Position numbers and translations under genes: made by a program. Positions 7,401-16,658 of a DNA stretch of 64,000 nucleotides are shown one piece after another. Position 1 is the stretch's first letter. Each line of letters starts with the position of its first letter. Below the pieces are notes generated by a model. The model was not told where the DNA came from. It did not search any database and saw nothing but the letters and a program-made list of their open reading frames with translations. The stretch lies in the IMG/VR virus record IMGVR_UViG_3300027816_000052, positions 1 to 64,000 of that record. One strand, written 5' to 3'.

Positions 7401-8766
7401 TAATACATCAAATTTCGCAACAACACAAAATAATGTAGTTTTCAATATGAGTTTGGGTAGTTATTTTGGTAATTGGGATTCTAGTACACCAGTTCCGGAT
7501 TGGAATAATAACAATAATAATTTATTAAGAGCGGTATTAGCTAGCGGTCAAGCACTTACAAACGTTTGGGCGGGTTTACCAAATTGGTTTTTCCACCACA
7601 TGGGAATGGGAGATCCTATTGGTTATTCAACAATGTTAACCATTAATAATAGAACATCAAACGCATTATATCAATTACAAAATGGTGGTTGGCAAGGACA
7701 AGGATTAACAACAGTACATCTTGGTTTAATGGGTGATCCGTCATTAAGAATGAATTATGTTGCACCTCCAAGTAATTTAACAATAATTAATAATGGAAAT
7801 TCGTTAACATTTAACTGGACAGCATCAGCAGAGCAGGTTGATGGGTATTATTTATATGAAATTGTTTCTGGTGTACCAACAAGAATAACACCAAATCTAA
7901 TTACAACAAATACATTAACTGGGAATTTTAACTTAACCACTGGTACAGAATATATGGTTAGAGCGGTTAAATTGGTTAATAATTTTAGTGGTAGTTATTA
8001 TAATTTATCATTAGGTTCGGCAAATACGGTACCACAATCGGTAGCACCAACATTAATAGCAAAAGTTTTTCTAGGTGGTGCGTATGATAATGGTTTAATG
8101 TATGATTCATTACGTGTTAAAAATTTAATACCACTTTCTGATCCTTATCCCGCTTTAGGTTATACACATGTAATAGGTGGTGGACAAACGACAACGCAAT
8201 CCGTTTTAACAGTTTCAGGAAATTCAGCAATTGTTGATTGGGTGGTTATTGAATTAAGGAATGCAACCACACCATCAACCAGAGTATACACAAGAAGTGC
8301 TTTAATCCAAAGAGACGGTGATATTGTTGATATGGATGGTGTATCACCGGTTAGTTTACAAATAACTAGTGGTCAGTATTATGTTGCAATTAAACATCGA
8401 AATCACTTGGGCGTTATGACAGCGCAACCTATTTCTTTGCAGAACAACACAATAATTAATTTTACAACAATTGCAACATTTGGAACCGAAGCTCAAAAAA
8501 CAATTGGTTCTGTAAAAGTAATGTGGGATGGTAATTCTAATTTTGATGACATAATCAAATATACCGGTCAAAATAATGATAGGGATTTTATCTTATCTAG
8601 AATTGGTGGTGTAATTCCAACTAATGTTGTAACAGGATATTATTCAGAAGATTTAAATATGGATGGTTTTGTTAAATACACCGGTCAAAATAATGATAGA
8701 GATATTATCTTATTTAATATTGGTGGTACAACACCTACAAATACAAAAGTTCAACAGATTCCTTGA
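4411..8766 (+). CDS. Large secreted multidomain protein: right-handed beta-helix, FN3-like, C25 (gingipain)-like domain, FN3-like, Bacteroidota-type C-terminal domain
   Basis: Signal peptide; ATYYVSPNGNDSNNG and parallel beta-helix repeats; LILVVD...VLLFGHVP...YYGD...VGRID; C-terminal duplicated DxNxDGxVKYTGxNNDRD. Confidence 0.75.
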   Translation: MIKKIFLSLAILASILSNAATYYVSPNGNDSNNGTSITTPWKTISKVNTRQLVAGDQILFERNGTYRGNLTINYSGTDVNPILISTYGSGNNPILLGSQLISNWILHQGNIWKTQVNATQVVHLFFNDSLMPIARYPNNGWLRNIQGTNSQITDNQLTQPANYWNGSTMVIRSSSWSYDTSRVLSYSPGVINFRPISYNLGNSTWGYFIRNKFQELDAPGEWFFDKTINTLYFYSPTGNPNLNAIEIITANQSTNGVGIRVTWQRNNIIIENLTINKYGYAGVSTSGTSNITVRNCNISQCDHGMWLYGNNQIIRNNFITKCPQMGLNAVSGGSPISYGNNNTFEDNTIQNCALYPGLGKSSWGYFGMTVTGSNNIIRKNNITNIGYIALSFESNPLIENNFISNACSILNDGSGIAFDRTNGAVIRNNIVLNTIGNIESCATNTTNCDPKGKGIYFGNVSNKNNLVDGNTVAYCNGAGIWFDHTMLSEGNQIINNTLFGNNLYQLGISDFSNYNSPGAIAPYAVPVYSNQLVRNNIFYSNNQQQKTMYHINKWYSGVDFANFNENKYINPWDTVSIQVFDIANNGNSLNYSLNQWKNVRGDDSLSTNQPYLPQSESSDHILVYNNQITEQSISLPSGTWSDLNGNLYNSSINIPAFESKPLFNSLLLPPPPSTPSTIVSLLVQASVNSTTPSITLSWISYSTATGYSVFRKLKNATSWGSAIATLGGSATQYVDNNVSLNTYYEYRVVRNASVGTAYGYVATGINLNTIDYRGKLILVVDNTFTSSLSSQLTQLQNDLKLDGWNVIRVDVSRTTTPASVKSQIQTIYNTDPTNVKSVLLFGHVPVYRSGNIAPDGHSLIPWACDSYYGDMNGSWTTPPTALPSDLELQVGRIDLFNLPAFGQTEQQLLSNYLTKLHQFKTKQFTPQNRMLIQDNLTWVNNPLAETSYRTGGPLVGEANITTIPANNQPNFVSRMSDGWLWGYFSGGGTYNSAAGIGNTSNFATTQNNVVFNMSLGSYFGNWDSSTPVPDWNNNNNNLLRAVLASGQALTNVWAGLPNWFFHHMGMGDPIGYSTMLTINNRTSNALYQLQNGGWQGQGLTTVHLGLMGDPSLRMNYVAPPSNLTIINNGNSLTFNWTASAEQVDGYYLYEIVSGVPTRITPNLITTNTLTGNFNLTTGTEYMVRAVKLVNNFSGSYYNLSLGSANTVPQSVAPTLIAKVFLGGAYDNGLMYDSLRVKNLIPLSDPYPALGYTHVIGGGQTTTQSVLTVSGNSAIVDWVVIELRNATTPSTRVYTRSALIQRDGDIVDMDGVSPVSLQITSGQYYVAIKHRNHLGVMTAQPISLQNNTIINFTTIATFGTEAQKTIGSVKVMWDGNSNFDDIIKYTGQNNDRDFILSRIGGVIPTNVVTGYYSEDLNMDGFVKYTGQNNDRDIILFNIGGTTPTNTKVQQIP

Positions 8767-8806
8767 CGAAATAAAGATAATATTTTAAATTTAAAAAACC
8801 TAAAAC

Positions 8807-9082
8807 ATGTCGCACATATTTTTTGATTCTCCCACATATATTAATATAACTAATTTCTTAAACAAAGAAGAAGGTACACCTATTTCTTGGAATGAAATAA
8901 TGGAAGCATATTTTAAAATTTATCAAATTGAGTTGGAAAAAGTTAAAAGTCTTAAAGAATTGGAGATTTTTCACGCTCAATTAGCGGTAAAAAAACTAAA
9001 TGGTTCCCATAATTTTGAAATTTGGGCGAACACAATCGATAAGTTTTGCGAATCTTGGTTAAAATCAGCGGTTCTTCAATAA
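8807..9082 (+). CDS. Hypothetical protein
   Basis: 91-aa ORF. Confidence 0.55.
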   Translation: MSHIFFDSPTYINITNFLNKEEGTPISWNEIMEAYFKIYQIELEKVKSLKELEIFHAQLAVKKLNGSHNFEIWANTIDKFCESWLKSAVLQ

Positions 9083-9592
9083 TTCCAAAATGTCTTTTTT
9101 ACTTAACTGAGAAAAATGTTCTTTTATTTTTTGCTCAGGACTAATTGGTTTTGGTTTTATTATTTCCTTAATTGTTGATTTTTGCTTTGGTTTAGGTACA
9201 ACAGGTTTTACCGTTTCTTTAACAACTGGTTTTTGTTCTTGTTTAGCAACCTCAACTGTAATTTTTGGTTTGTCGTCAATTTGCTCCTGAACGATAACCG
9301 CAACCTTTTTATTTGTTTCTACAATATATTCCGAACTCCAAGGTTGGAAAAATACGTCATCAGCAATAACTTCTAATTTAACAATACCTGTTGATTTTTC
9401 AGGTAAAAAGTTTTTTGTTTTCGGTATTGTAACTTCACAGTTACCTCCTTCATAAATAATACCATCAAACATATAATTAATTCCCTCAGATTCAACAACT
9501 AATCTGACTTTTGAATTAGCTAATGATGTACCATCAACTTGAACGGTACAGCTAAACTTATTGACTTTATCTGTATATAATTTATAGCTCAT
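9065..9592 (-). CDS. Hypothetical protein (beta-rich N-terminus, charged tail)
   Basis: 175-aa ORF; ATATTTAT upstream. Confidence 0.7.
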   Translation of the reverse strand: MSYKLYTDKVNKFSCTVQVDGTSLANSKVRLVVESEGINYMFDGIIYEGGNCEVTIPKTKNFLPEKSTGIVKLEVIADDVFFQPWSSEYIVETNKKVAVIVQEQIDDKPKITVEVAKQEQKPVVKETVKPVVPKPKQKSTIKEIIKPKPISPEQKIKEHFSQLSKKDILELLKNR

Positions 9593-9594
9593 TT

Positions 9595-9930
9595 TTATTT
9601 CTGTTCATTTATAAATATCCCAACTTTTATATTTTTCACTTCAGAAATAAAATTAGCCACGTCTTTTATTGTTACTTTAACGTTTTTATTCTTTTGTTTA
9701 TTTACTCTTTTTTGAAAATTAACGTCTTGAGCGTGAATTTGAACAAATAATTCAATAAGTACTTTTTTTTCCTCTTTAGATAATTTTTCTAATTTTTTTC
9801 TTATTTGAGATGGCGGACCAGAACCAACCGTCTCAACCACCTTTTTTATAATACAGAAAAACGCCCAAGTTAGCTCAACGGTATTCCATTGAACATCAGC
9901 ATCATTCCATTTATAACAAAAAACACTCAT
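9595..9930 (-). CDS. Hypothetical protein
   Basis: 111-aa ORF abutting the downstream gene. Confidence 0.65.
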   Translation of the reverse strand: MSVFCYKWNDADVQWNTVELTWAFFCIIKKVVETVGSGPPSQIRKKLEKLSKEEKKVLIELFVQIHAQDVNFQKRVNKQKNKNVKVTIKDVANFISEVKNIKVGIFINEQK

Positions 9931-10027
9931 TTATTTATTTTGTATTTAAAAAGACTAAATTTAAAACTAATAAAGTTAAACATAGGTGTATATTTATAAT
10001 AAATACACAAATATTGAATAGTAAATA

Positions 10028-10741
10028 ATGTCAGATATATCGAATCTTCTTGTTAAAGATACATATGACTATGTTCTTCAATCTGACATTGTTACAGGTG
10101 TAGTATATAGAATTGGTGGTGCGGTACCCGTAAATCCTATATTTTCATCTGGTGCTACCTTTTTACAATCTTTAAGATATTCTGACGGAACAGAACAAAG
10201 TGGTTATGTTTTAACTTCAGATGTTAATGGTAATGCGTTTTGGGGTCCGGTATCTGGGGCAAGTTCAGGTAATTTTTTAAATCTAAGTGGCGGTACTGTA
10301 AGTGGATTAACAATATTCCAAAGCGGATTAACAACAAATTCATTTACAGCAACAACATTTACTTTTAATAATGGAAATCAACAAAATGGCTATATTTTAA
10401 CATCAGATATTAATGGCAATTCTGATTGGAAACCTAGTGGTGCAATAACCGGTATTACTTTATCAGGTAATACATTATTAATATATAATAATTCAGGTCA
10501 AACTATAAGTACTAATGGGTTTATACAAAAATTTGCAATAGATATTGGTGATAGCTCCGCAAATACAATAACAATAAATCATAATTTTAATAGTCGAGAT
10601 ATACAAGTTGAGGTTTATAGAAATACTAGTCCTTGGGATACAGTATTTTGTGATATTACTCGTTTAACCGTGAATTCGGTTAATTTAACTTTTGCAAATC
10701 CTCCGGGTATAAATGAATATAGAGTTGTTATAATTAGTTAA
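10028..10741 (+). CDS. Putative tail-fibre/virion structural protein
   Basis: GYVLTSDxNGN repeats, SGGT motifs; C-terminal INHNFNSRDIQVEVYR...EYRVVIIS module. Confidence 0.65.
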   Translation: MSDISNLLVKDTYDYVLQSDIVTGVVYRIGGAVPVNPIFSSGATFLQSLRYSDGTEQSGYVLTSDVNGNAFWGPVSGASSGNFLNLSGGTVSGLTIFQSGLTTNSFTATTFTFNNGNQQNGYILTSDINGNSDWKPSGAITGITLSGNTLLIYNNSGQTISTNGFIQKFAIDIGDSSANTITINHNFNSRDIQVEVYRNTSPWDTVFCDITRLTVNSVNLTFANPPGINEYRVVIIS

Positions 10742-10752
10742 TATATATTAAT

Positions 10753-11190
10753 ATGGCAACAACAGAACTTAAAATAGGTAATCTTGGTGATATTCAAATA
10801 CAAACCGGAAAAGGTAATCCGAATCATAGTTCATACCCCGGAACGGTTTATTTAGATAAAACTACTGGATTCTTATATAAAGGAATTAGTGGTACGACTT
10901 GGCAATATATTGGTTCCACATATTCTTATTTAATTTATGATTTTTCTGGTGCAACAACAAGTGGTGGTACAGTAAATAAATATGTACAAAATATTGGTGA
11001 TAATATATCTACAACAATAAATGTAAATCACGGATTAAATTCAGAAGATGTTTTGGTTGAGGTTTATAGAAATGGAGTACCTAAGGACACAATTTTTTGT
11101 GATATAGAAAGAGTTGATGCAAACAATATTCAATTACTTTTTGCAAACCCCCCAACAACAAATGAATATCGTGTGATAATTATATCATAA
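10753..11190 (+). CDS. Putative virion structural protein
   Basis: Shares the C-terminal VNHGLNSEDVLVEVYR...FANPP..NEYRVIIIS module with the preceding gene. Confidence 0.65.
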   Translation: MATTELKIGNLGDIQIQTGKGNPNHSSYPGTVYLDKTTGFLYKGISGTTWQYIGSTYSYLIYDFSGATTSGGTVNKYVQNIGDNISTTINVNHGLNSEDVLVEVYRNGVPKDTIFCDIERVDANNIQLLFANPPTTNEYRVIIIS

Positions 11191-11200
11191 TACATAATAT

Positions 11201-13555
11201 ATGCCAAAATTTTTAAAAGAAATAACATTTAGTGGTCAATCAACACCATCAATACCAGATCCCGGTTATGGTTCATTATATATTGATGGATTAACTAATT
11301 TATTATATTATATTGATGATGCTGGTGTTACATATAACTTAACGTCAGGTGGAACAGATACTTATGCTACAGGTTTTACATACAATAATGCAAATACGTT
11401 AACAATTCAACAAAATAACGCTCAACCTGATTTAACCGCATCAATAAACGTAATGACCGGATTAACAGTTAATGGTAACTTATCAGCAACAACAATTGAC
11501 ACTGAATATATTGATTTCTTACCACTAACCGCTAGACCAGCACATTCAGAAGCAAGAATTTATTGGTATGATGATGAAAATACCCTTGAACTTCAAACAG
11601 AAAATAATGATTTTAATATTGAAGTTGGTCATCAAACCGTTGTTAGAGTTAGAAATACAACCGGTGGTCCCTTAACAAAAGGGAGACTTGTCTACATTAA
11701 TGGTGGTTCAGGAAATAATCCGACAGTAACTTTAGCAAGTTATGAAAATGATTTAAATAGTGCAAGAACATTAGGTTTTCTTGGTACAAATATAAATGAT
11801 AATCAATTTGGATACGTAATTACAAATGGTATGTTACGTAATGTGAATACCTCAGCTTATTCTACTGGTACACAGTTATATCTATGGTCTGCTGGTACAT
11901 ATTCAAATCAAATTCCCGAAGCACCATTACACGAAGTAAGAGTTGGTATCGTAATTAGACAAAGTGCAACTGTTGGTATTATTTTCGTTGCAATAATGAA
12001 TGGTTATGAGTTAGGTGAACTTCACGATGTTTTAATTTCTGGTTTAACAAATAACGATTTATTACATTATAATTCCTCATTAAGTGCTTGGACTAATACA
12101 CAAAATATACAAATAAATTCTATTTCAGCAACAACTTATCAGAATTTACCAACTGATATTAGAGTAACTGGTGGAACATATTCTGATGGTTCTGCAACAT
12201 TTACAAATAATACTGGGGGAACATTTACTGTTAGTGGATTCCAAAATTGGAAATGGTATGCTGAAAATACAACTGCACCAATTGTTCCCCCACAAGCAAA
12301 CGGAAGTGGTTCAATTGCATTAGGTGATAATGCTTGTGCTAGAGGTGATAATATGTTTGTTTATGGTAACTGTGCTGGTATTGGTTCAGTTGTTACAGAT
12401 AATTCAAATTTCTTAGGTCATAATGCAGGAACAAATTCAGCATATGGATTTAGTTCAAATTTCTTTGGTTGTAAAGCTGGTAAAGATGCTACATTAGCTA
12501 ATAATTCAAATTTCTTAGGAGAAAATGCAGGTAATTTAGCAACAAATGCTGATAATTCAAATTTCTTAGGTACAAACTCAGGTTATTTAGCTACATCAGC
12601 TTGTCATTCTAACTTTATTGGTCGTAATGCTGGTTGTAACGCAAAAGGTGCAAATAATTCTAACTTTATTGGTGAAAATGCTGGACGTGAAGCTGATTTT
12701 GCAACTTATTCAAATTTATTTGGATATAATGCTGGTGCAACATTTGGTTCTAATGTTATTAAAGAAAATAATATTATTATTGGTACAAATATTTCATTAC
12801 CAAATGGTGCAATAAATTCATTAAATATTGGTGCTACAATATTTGGTACTGATTTATATGGTAATACAATTGGAGACCCCTCTATTACAGTTCAATCTTC
12901 AGGTAGAATCGGTATTGGTGTTCTTAATCCAACAACCACATTACACATATCAGGAGCAACCAATCCTTTAAGGATTGAGGGTTTATTAACATCGGCAAAT
13001 ACTGAATATCTTACAATCAGTCCAACAGGTGTTGTAACAAAAACATCCGGTGCAACTGGGGTTGATACATTTACAACGGGATTTACTTATTCAAGTAACA
13101 CGTTCTCAATTTTTAGAAATCAGGGACTCCCAAATCTAACTGCAACAATTAATTCTGTTACCGGATTAACATCTACAGGAACAATTTCATCAAGTATTAT
13201 TTCAGCAACAACTTATCAGAATTTACCATATGGTTTAGCTGGGATTAATAATCAAACAGTTACAGCATATACGTTTACTTTATTGGATTCTGGTTATTTA
13301 GTAACATTTAGTTCATCAACCTCTGTCCTAGCAACTATACCAACAAATATATCAGCACCGTTAGCAATTGGATCTCAAATTATGCTATCCCAACTTGGCT
13401 CCGGACAATTAAGAATTACTGGTGATACGGGTGTTACTTTATATTCTTACGGAAATGCATATAATTTAGTCGGACAATATTCTACAGCATTTTTAACTAA
13501 ACAAGGAACAAATACTTGGATTTTAGATGGAAATTTAACAACTTTAAATTTATAA
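11201..13555 (+). CDS. Putative tail fibre / receptor-binding protein
   Basis: DTYxTGFTY and ISATTYQNLP repeats; 14-aa NSNFLGxNAGxxA beta-roll repeats; RIGIG..NP...LHI motif. Confidence 0.7.
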   Translation: MPKFLKEITFSGQSTPSIPDPGYGSLYIDGLTNLLYYIDDAGVTYNLTSGGTDTYATGFTYNNANTLTIQQNNAQPDLTASINVMTGLTVNGNLSATTIDTEYIDFLPLTARPAHSEARIYWYDDENTLELQTENNDFNIEVGHQTVVRVRNTTGGPLTKGRLVYINGGSGNNPTVTLASYENDLNSARTLGFLGTNINDNQFGYVITNGMLRNVNTSAYSTGTQLYLWSAGTYSNQIPEAPLHEVRVGIVIRQSATVGIIFVAIMNGYELGELHDVLISGLTNNDLLHYNSSLSAWTNTQNIQINSISATTYQNLPTDIRVTGGTYSDGSATFTNNTGGTFTVSGFQNWKWYAENTTAPIVPPQANGSGSIALGDNACARGDNMFVYGNCAGIGSVVTDNSNFLGHNAGTNSAYGFSSNFFGCKAGKDATLANNSNFLGENAGNLATNADNSNFLGTNSGYLATSACHSNFIGRNAGCNAKGANNSNFIGENAGREADFATYSNLFGYNAGATFGSNVIKENNIIIGTNISLPNGAINSLNIGATIFGTDLYGNTIGDPSITVQSSGRIGIGVLNPTTTLHISGATNPLRIEGLLTSANTEYLTISPTGVVTKTSGATGVDTFTTGFTYSSNTFSIFRNQGLPNLTATINSVTGLTSTGTISSSIISATTYQNLPYGLAGINNQTVTAYTFTLLDSGYLVTFSSSTSVLATIPTNISAPLAIGSQIMLSQLGSGQLRITGDTGVTLYSYGNAYNLVGQYSTAFLTKQGTNTWILDGNLTTLNL

Positions 13556-13558
13556 ATA

Positions 13559-14482
13559 ATGTCAATATTTAGTTACGGAAATAGATATGCAAACATACCT
13601 CTTACAATAATAAGGGAGTATACTGGAGATACTACTTGGAATAAACCAGATGGGATTAAAGAAATTTTGGTTATATGTGTTGGCGCTGGTGGTGGTGGAG
13701 GCGGAGCCGGTCAGCGGAACGGTGCTGCTACTGGAGCATCAGGTGGTGGCGGAGGAATGGTCGGATGGCTTCGCATTGACGCTACTAGCCTTGGATTAAC
13801 AGAAACCATTGTAATCGGAGCGGGTGGAAATGGCGGTAGTGGAGGCACTGGAGCAGCAAGTGCTGGTGCAAATGGTGGTGCTGGTGGTACAACGTCATTC
13901 GGGTCATTTATCAGCGCAGGTGGTGGTTCAGGAGGATTGCGTGGTGAATCAACAGGTACTATTGCTGGTGGTGCTGGTGGAACTATTGCAAGTGTTCGAT
14001 TTTTTCTTCCGGGTGCTGCTGGTGGACAAGCAATAACCAACAATATCGGCTCACCCGGATTGAGTGGTTGGGGACAATTAACATCAGGTGCTGGTGGAGG
14101 TGGTGGTGGTGCGTGTTCAAGCGTTACTCCGTTTGCTTGGGCTGCTGGTGCTGGTGGTGGAGTTTTTGATTGGAATGGGTCAGCATGGACTCTTATTTCA
14201 GGCCCTTCCGGACCTGCTGCAAGCGCAGGTGCTGGTGGCAATGGTGTGAATGACCAATGCTTGTATCTTCTCCAGTCATTCTCACAGATTCCTACCATTG
14301 GACTTGGTACGGGAGGTGCTGGTGGATCCGGTCAGAATGGCACAGGATCAGCTACTGGCAACGCTGGCGGCAATGGAGGACGTGCGGCTGGTGGAGGAGG
14401 CGGCGGCGCTGTGCGATTTGGAACAGGCGGTAATGGAGGAAACGGAGGAAATGGTCTTTGTATTGTAGTTGAATACTATTAA
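13559..14482 (+). CDS. Glycine-rich tail-fibre-associated protein
   Basis: TWNKPDGIKEILVICVGAGGGGG...GNGLCIVVEY glycine-rich domain. Confidence 0.7.
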   Translation: MSIFSYGNRYANIPLTIIREYTGDTTWNKPDGIKEILVICVGAGGGGGGAGQRNGAATGASGGGGGMVGWLRIDATSLGLTETIVIGAGGNGGSGGTGAASAGANGGAGGTTSFGSFISAGGGSGGLRGESTGTIAGGAGGTIASVRFFLPGAAGGQAITNNIGSPGLSGWGQLTSGAGGGGGGACSSVTPFAWAAGAGGGVFDWNGSAWTLISGPSGPAASAGAGGNGVNDQCLYLLQSFSQIPTIGLGTGGAGGSGQNGTGSATGNAGGNGGRAAGGGGGGAVRFGTGGNGGNGGNGLCIVVEYY

Positions 14483-14499
14483 ATAATAAAATAAAAAAA

Positions 14500-14700
14500 A
14501 TGATTTACTCACTTATTATAAGAAATAATATTGTAATAAATAAGACGATAGGAAATGAATTGTTAACAACATACCCATTTCCTTATGATTTAATAATTCA
14601 AGATGTAAATGAAAATGTTTTAATTGATTCAACATACAATCCAGTGAATGGAACATTTACATTAATTGGTGCTCCGTATAACAATGAAAATGGAAATTAA
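14500..14700 (+). CDS. Small tail-fibre-associated protein
   Basis: 66 aa, follows the glycine-rich gene; IGxTYNPxxGTF-like ending. Confidence 0.5.
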   Translation: MIYSLIIRNNIVINKTIGNELLTTYPFPYDLIIQDVNENVLIDSTYNPVNGTFTLIGAPYNNENGN

Positions 14701-14773
14701 TAATTTAATAGAAAAAAACCTTATAGATTTGTAAAACAAATAAAAAACTTATAAATTTGTAAAAAAAATAAAA

Positions 14774-14950
14774 ATGGCGTTTTATAGAGAAAATTTTTCA
14801 GATTACGAAGATTTTAATCATGATTTTTCTTCAAGAAAAGGAAAGAAAAATTTTAAAAAAAGAAAAGGAGAAGATTTTGAAAGAGGTTTTGGTAATAATA
14901 AGAAAAAAAATAAACCAAAACGAGGTAATAGAGATTATGATGATTATTAA
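14774..14950 (+). CDS. Small highly charged protein (58 aa, not in ORF track)
   Basis: My translation MAFYRENFSDYEDF...KKNKPKRGNRDYDDY; two TAnnTTTG boxes upstream. Confidence 0.5.
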   Translation: MAFYRENFSDYEDFNHDFSSRKGKKNFKKRKGEDFERGFGNNKKKNKPKRGNRDYDDY

Positions 14951-15046
14951 TACTTTATTTATATTTTATTAAAAAAATAAGACATTTTTTATTTTTCTTT
15001 TTATGAATACGTAATCATCACGATATTTATATAAAAAGAAAAATAA

Positions 15047-15793
15047 ATGATAAAAAAATACATTATACTATTTTTAAGTTTTTTTATACATTTAAAAATA
15101 AATGCACAAAATAGTAATTGTTCATTAGCAATACCATTTATTGATAATGATTGTATATTATTTTCGCCCCCAACAGCAGGACCGATAACAAGATGTTATT
15201 CTTTCTATTTAGTGGATGATTCTGTTGATTTTAATTTTGTTTCATTTGCACCACTAAATACTTGTACTGATGCTATTGCTTGGTATACGTTATATGATTC
15301 AAATTGTGATACAATTACCACAAATTTAGACGGTAATTTTCAAAATCTAATAGAAAATTCTAATTATACTATTTGCTATACAATACAATGTCCAACAAAT
15401 GGTGTAATTAATTTATTATGTACATATGAATTAATTGTTTTACCAATAGAGTTATTATATTTTAATGCTCGTATTGAATATAACAACATAAGATTAATAT
15501 GGGAAACAACTACCGAAACAAATAATTGTTGTTTTACACTATACCACTCAACTGATTTTGTAAATTGGTTGAGTATCGGTAGAGTAGACGGTGCTGGTAA
15601 TTCAATAACACCGCTATCATATAGTTTTATTTTTAATAATCCAAGTAATGGTGTAAATTATTTTAAATTAATTCAAGAAGATTTTGATGGTAAACGCACT
15701 GAGTTTAATATTTTAGCGATTCCTTTTATAAAAAAAACCAAACCAAACGATATATTTCAAAAATACAATATATTAGGTCAACAAATTAAATAA
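15047..15793 (+). CDS. Secreted protein resembling Bacteroidota T9SS cargo
   Basis: Signal peptide, Cys-rich domain, LPIELLYFNA...WETTTETNN...GAGNS Ig-like module, ends YNILGQQIK. Confidence 0.7.
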   Translation: MIKKYIILFLSFFIHLKINAQNSNCSLAIPFIDNDCILFSPPTAGPITRCYSFYLVDDSVDFNFVSFAPLNTCTDAIAWYTLYDSNCDTITTNLDGNFQNLIENSNYTICYTIQCPTNGVINLLCTYELIVLPIELLYFNARIEYNNIRLIWETTTETNNCCFTLYHSTDFVNWLSIGRVDGAGNSITPLSYSFIFNNPSNGVNYFKLIQEDFDGKRTEFNILAIPFIKKTKPNDIFQKYNILGQQIK

Positions 15794-15808
15794 TAAAAAC
15801 CACCAACC

Positions 15809-16426
15809 ATGAACAAAGTTTTATTAATATTTTTAATGTTATTATCAGTCAATGTTTTTTCACAAAATATTGTTAATGCTAAAATAACACAAATAACATC
15901 ATCATATATTGATGTTACGTTATATCCCTCAATTTATGAAACTTCTGTATTATCCAATGTTGTATTTACTCTAAAATGGGAAAATAAACAAAATATATCT
16001 TTTGGTGAGCCGCAATTAGATAATTCATTAATTGTTAAAAAATCAGGACCGGTTTTAACAAATGACACTTGGAAATATCAAATATTTTGCGGATTTAGTT
16101 TTGTTATTACAAATATTGGTCAACCAATTATAATTCGCATACCAAAATCCGGAAACGCTAATTTAATAGTAGCAACAGATGAATTTGTTAAAAATATTAT
16201 GGTAAATGGTGATTATTATGTCTCAATTGGTGGACAAGATGTTACGGGTGAAATTTTGGAAGGAAAGTCCATTGAGTTTGAAGAAACTAATCAACATAAA
16301 ATGTATTTCGACCAGAGATTTAATAGATTTTTATTTGAGGTAAATGGTGTTTTTTTAACAACTTTAGGTCAGTACATTGATGTTCAAGATAAAACAAATT
16401 TAATTTTAGTTAAAAAAGTTAACTAG
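15809..16426 (+). CDS. Secreted protein, hypothetical
   Basis: Signal peptide MNKVLLIFLMLLSVNVFSQ; C-terminal TTLGQ reminiscent of a degenerate T9SS CTD. Confidence 0.6.
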   Translation: MNKVLLIFLMLLSVNVFSQNIVNAKITQITSSYIDVTLYPSIYETSVLSNVVFTLKWENKQNISFGEPQLDNSLIVKKSGPVLTNDTWKYQIFCGFSFVITNIGQPIIIRIPKSGNANLIVATDEFVKNIMVNGDYYVSIGGQDVTGEILEGKSIEFEETNQHKMYFDQRFNRFLFEVNGVFLTTLGQYIDVQDKTNLILVKKVN

Positions 16427-16429
16427 TAT

Positions 16430-16460
16430 TTGTAGCAATCACTTTTTTGTATTATCTTCG
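16430..16460 (+). promoter_or_regulatory. Bacteroidota-type promoter (variant -7 box)
   Basis: TTG-N20-TATCTTCG upstream of the PspC-domain gene. Confidence 0.65.
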
Positions 16461-16475
16461 CACAAAATAAAAACA

Positions 16476-16658
16476 ATGAAAGATAAACTTTATAGAACAG
16501 ATAATTGTATAGTTGGTGGTGTTTGTAGTGGATTGGGTGAATACTTTAATATCGATGAAAATATTATCAGGGTTGCATTTTTCTTAGCAATCTTCACACC
16601 CTTTCCAATCATTATCACATACCTTTTTATGTGGATGCTAGTTCCAAATCAAAGATAA
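16476..16658 (+). CDS. PspC-domain protein
   Basis: KLYR...IVGGVCSGLGEYFNID...IRV...YL..W motif. Confidence 0.9.
   Translation: MKDKLYRTDNCIVGGVCSGLGEYFNIDENIIRVAFFLAIFTPFPIIITYLFMWMLVPNQR

Noticed and set aside
13711-14298. Pro-rich minus-strand ORF
   Set aside because: Antisense shadow of the glycine-rich gene.
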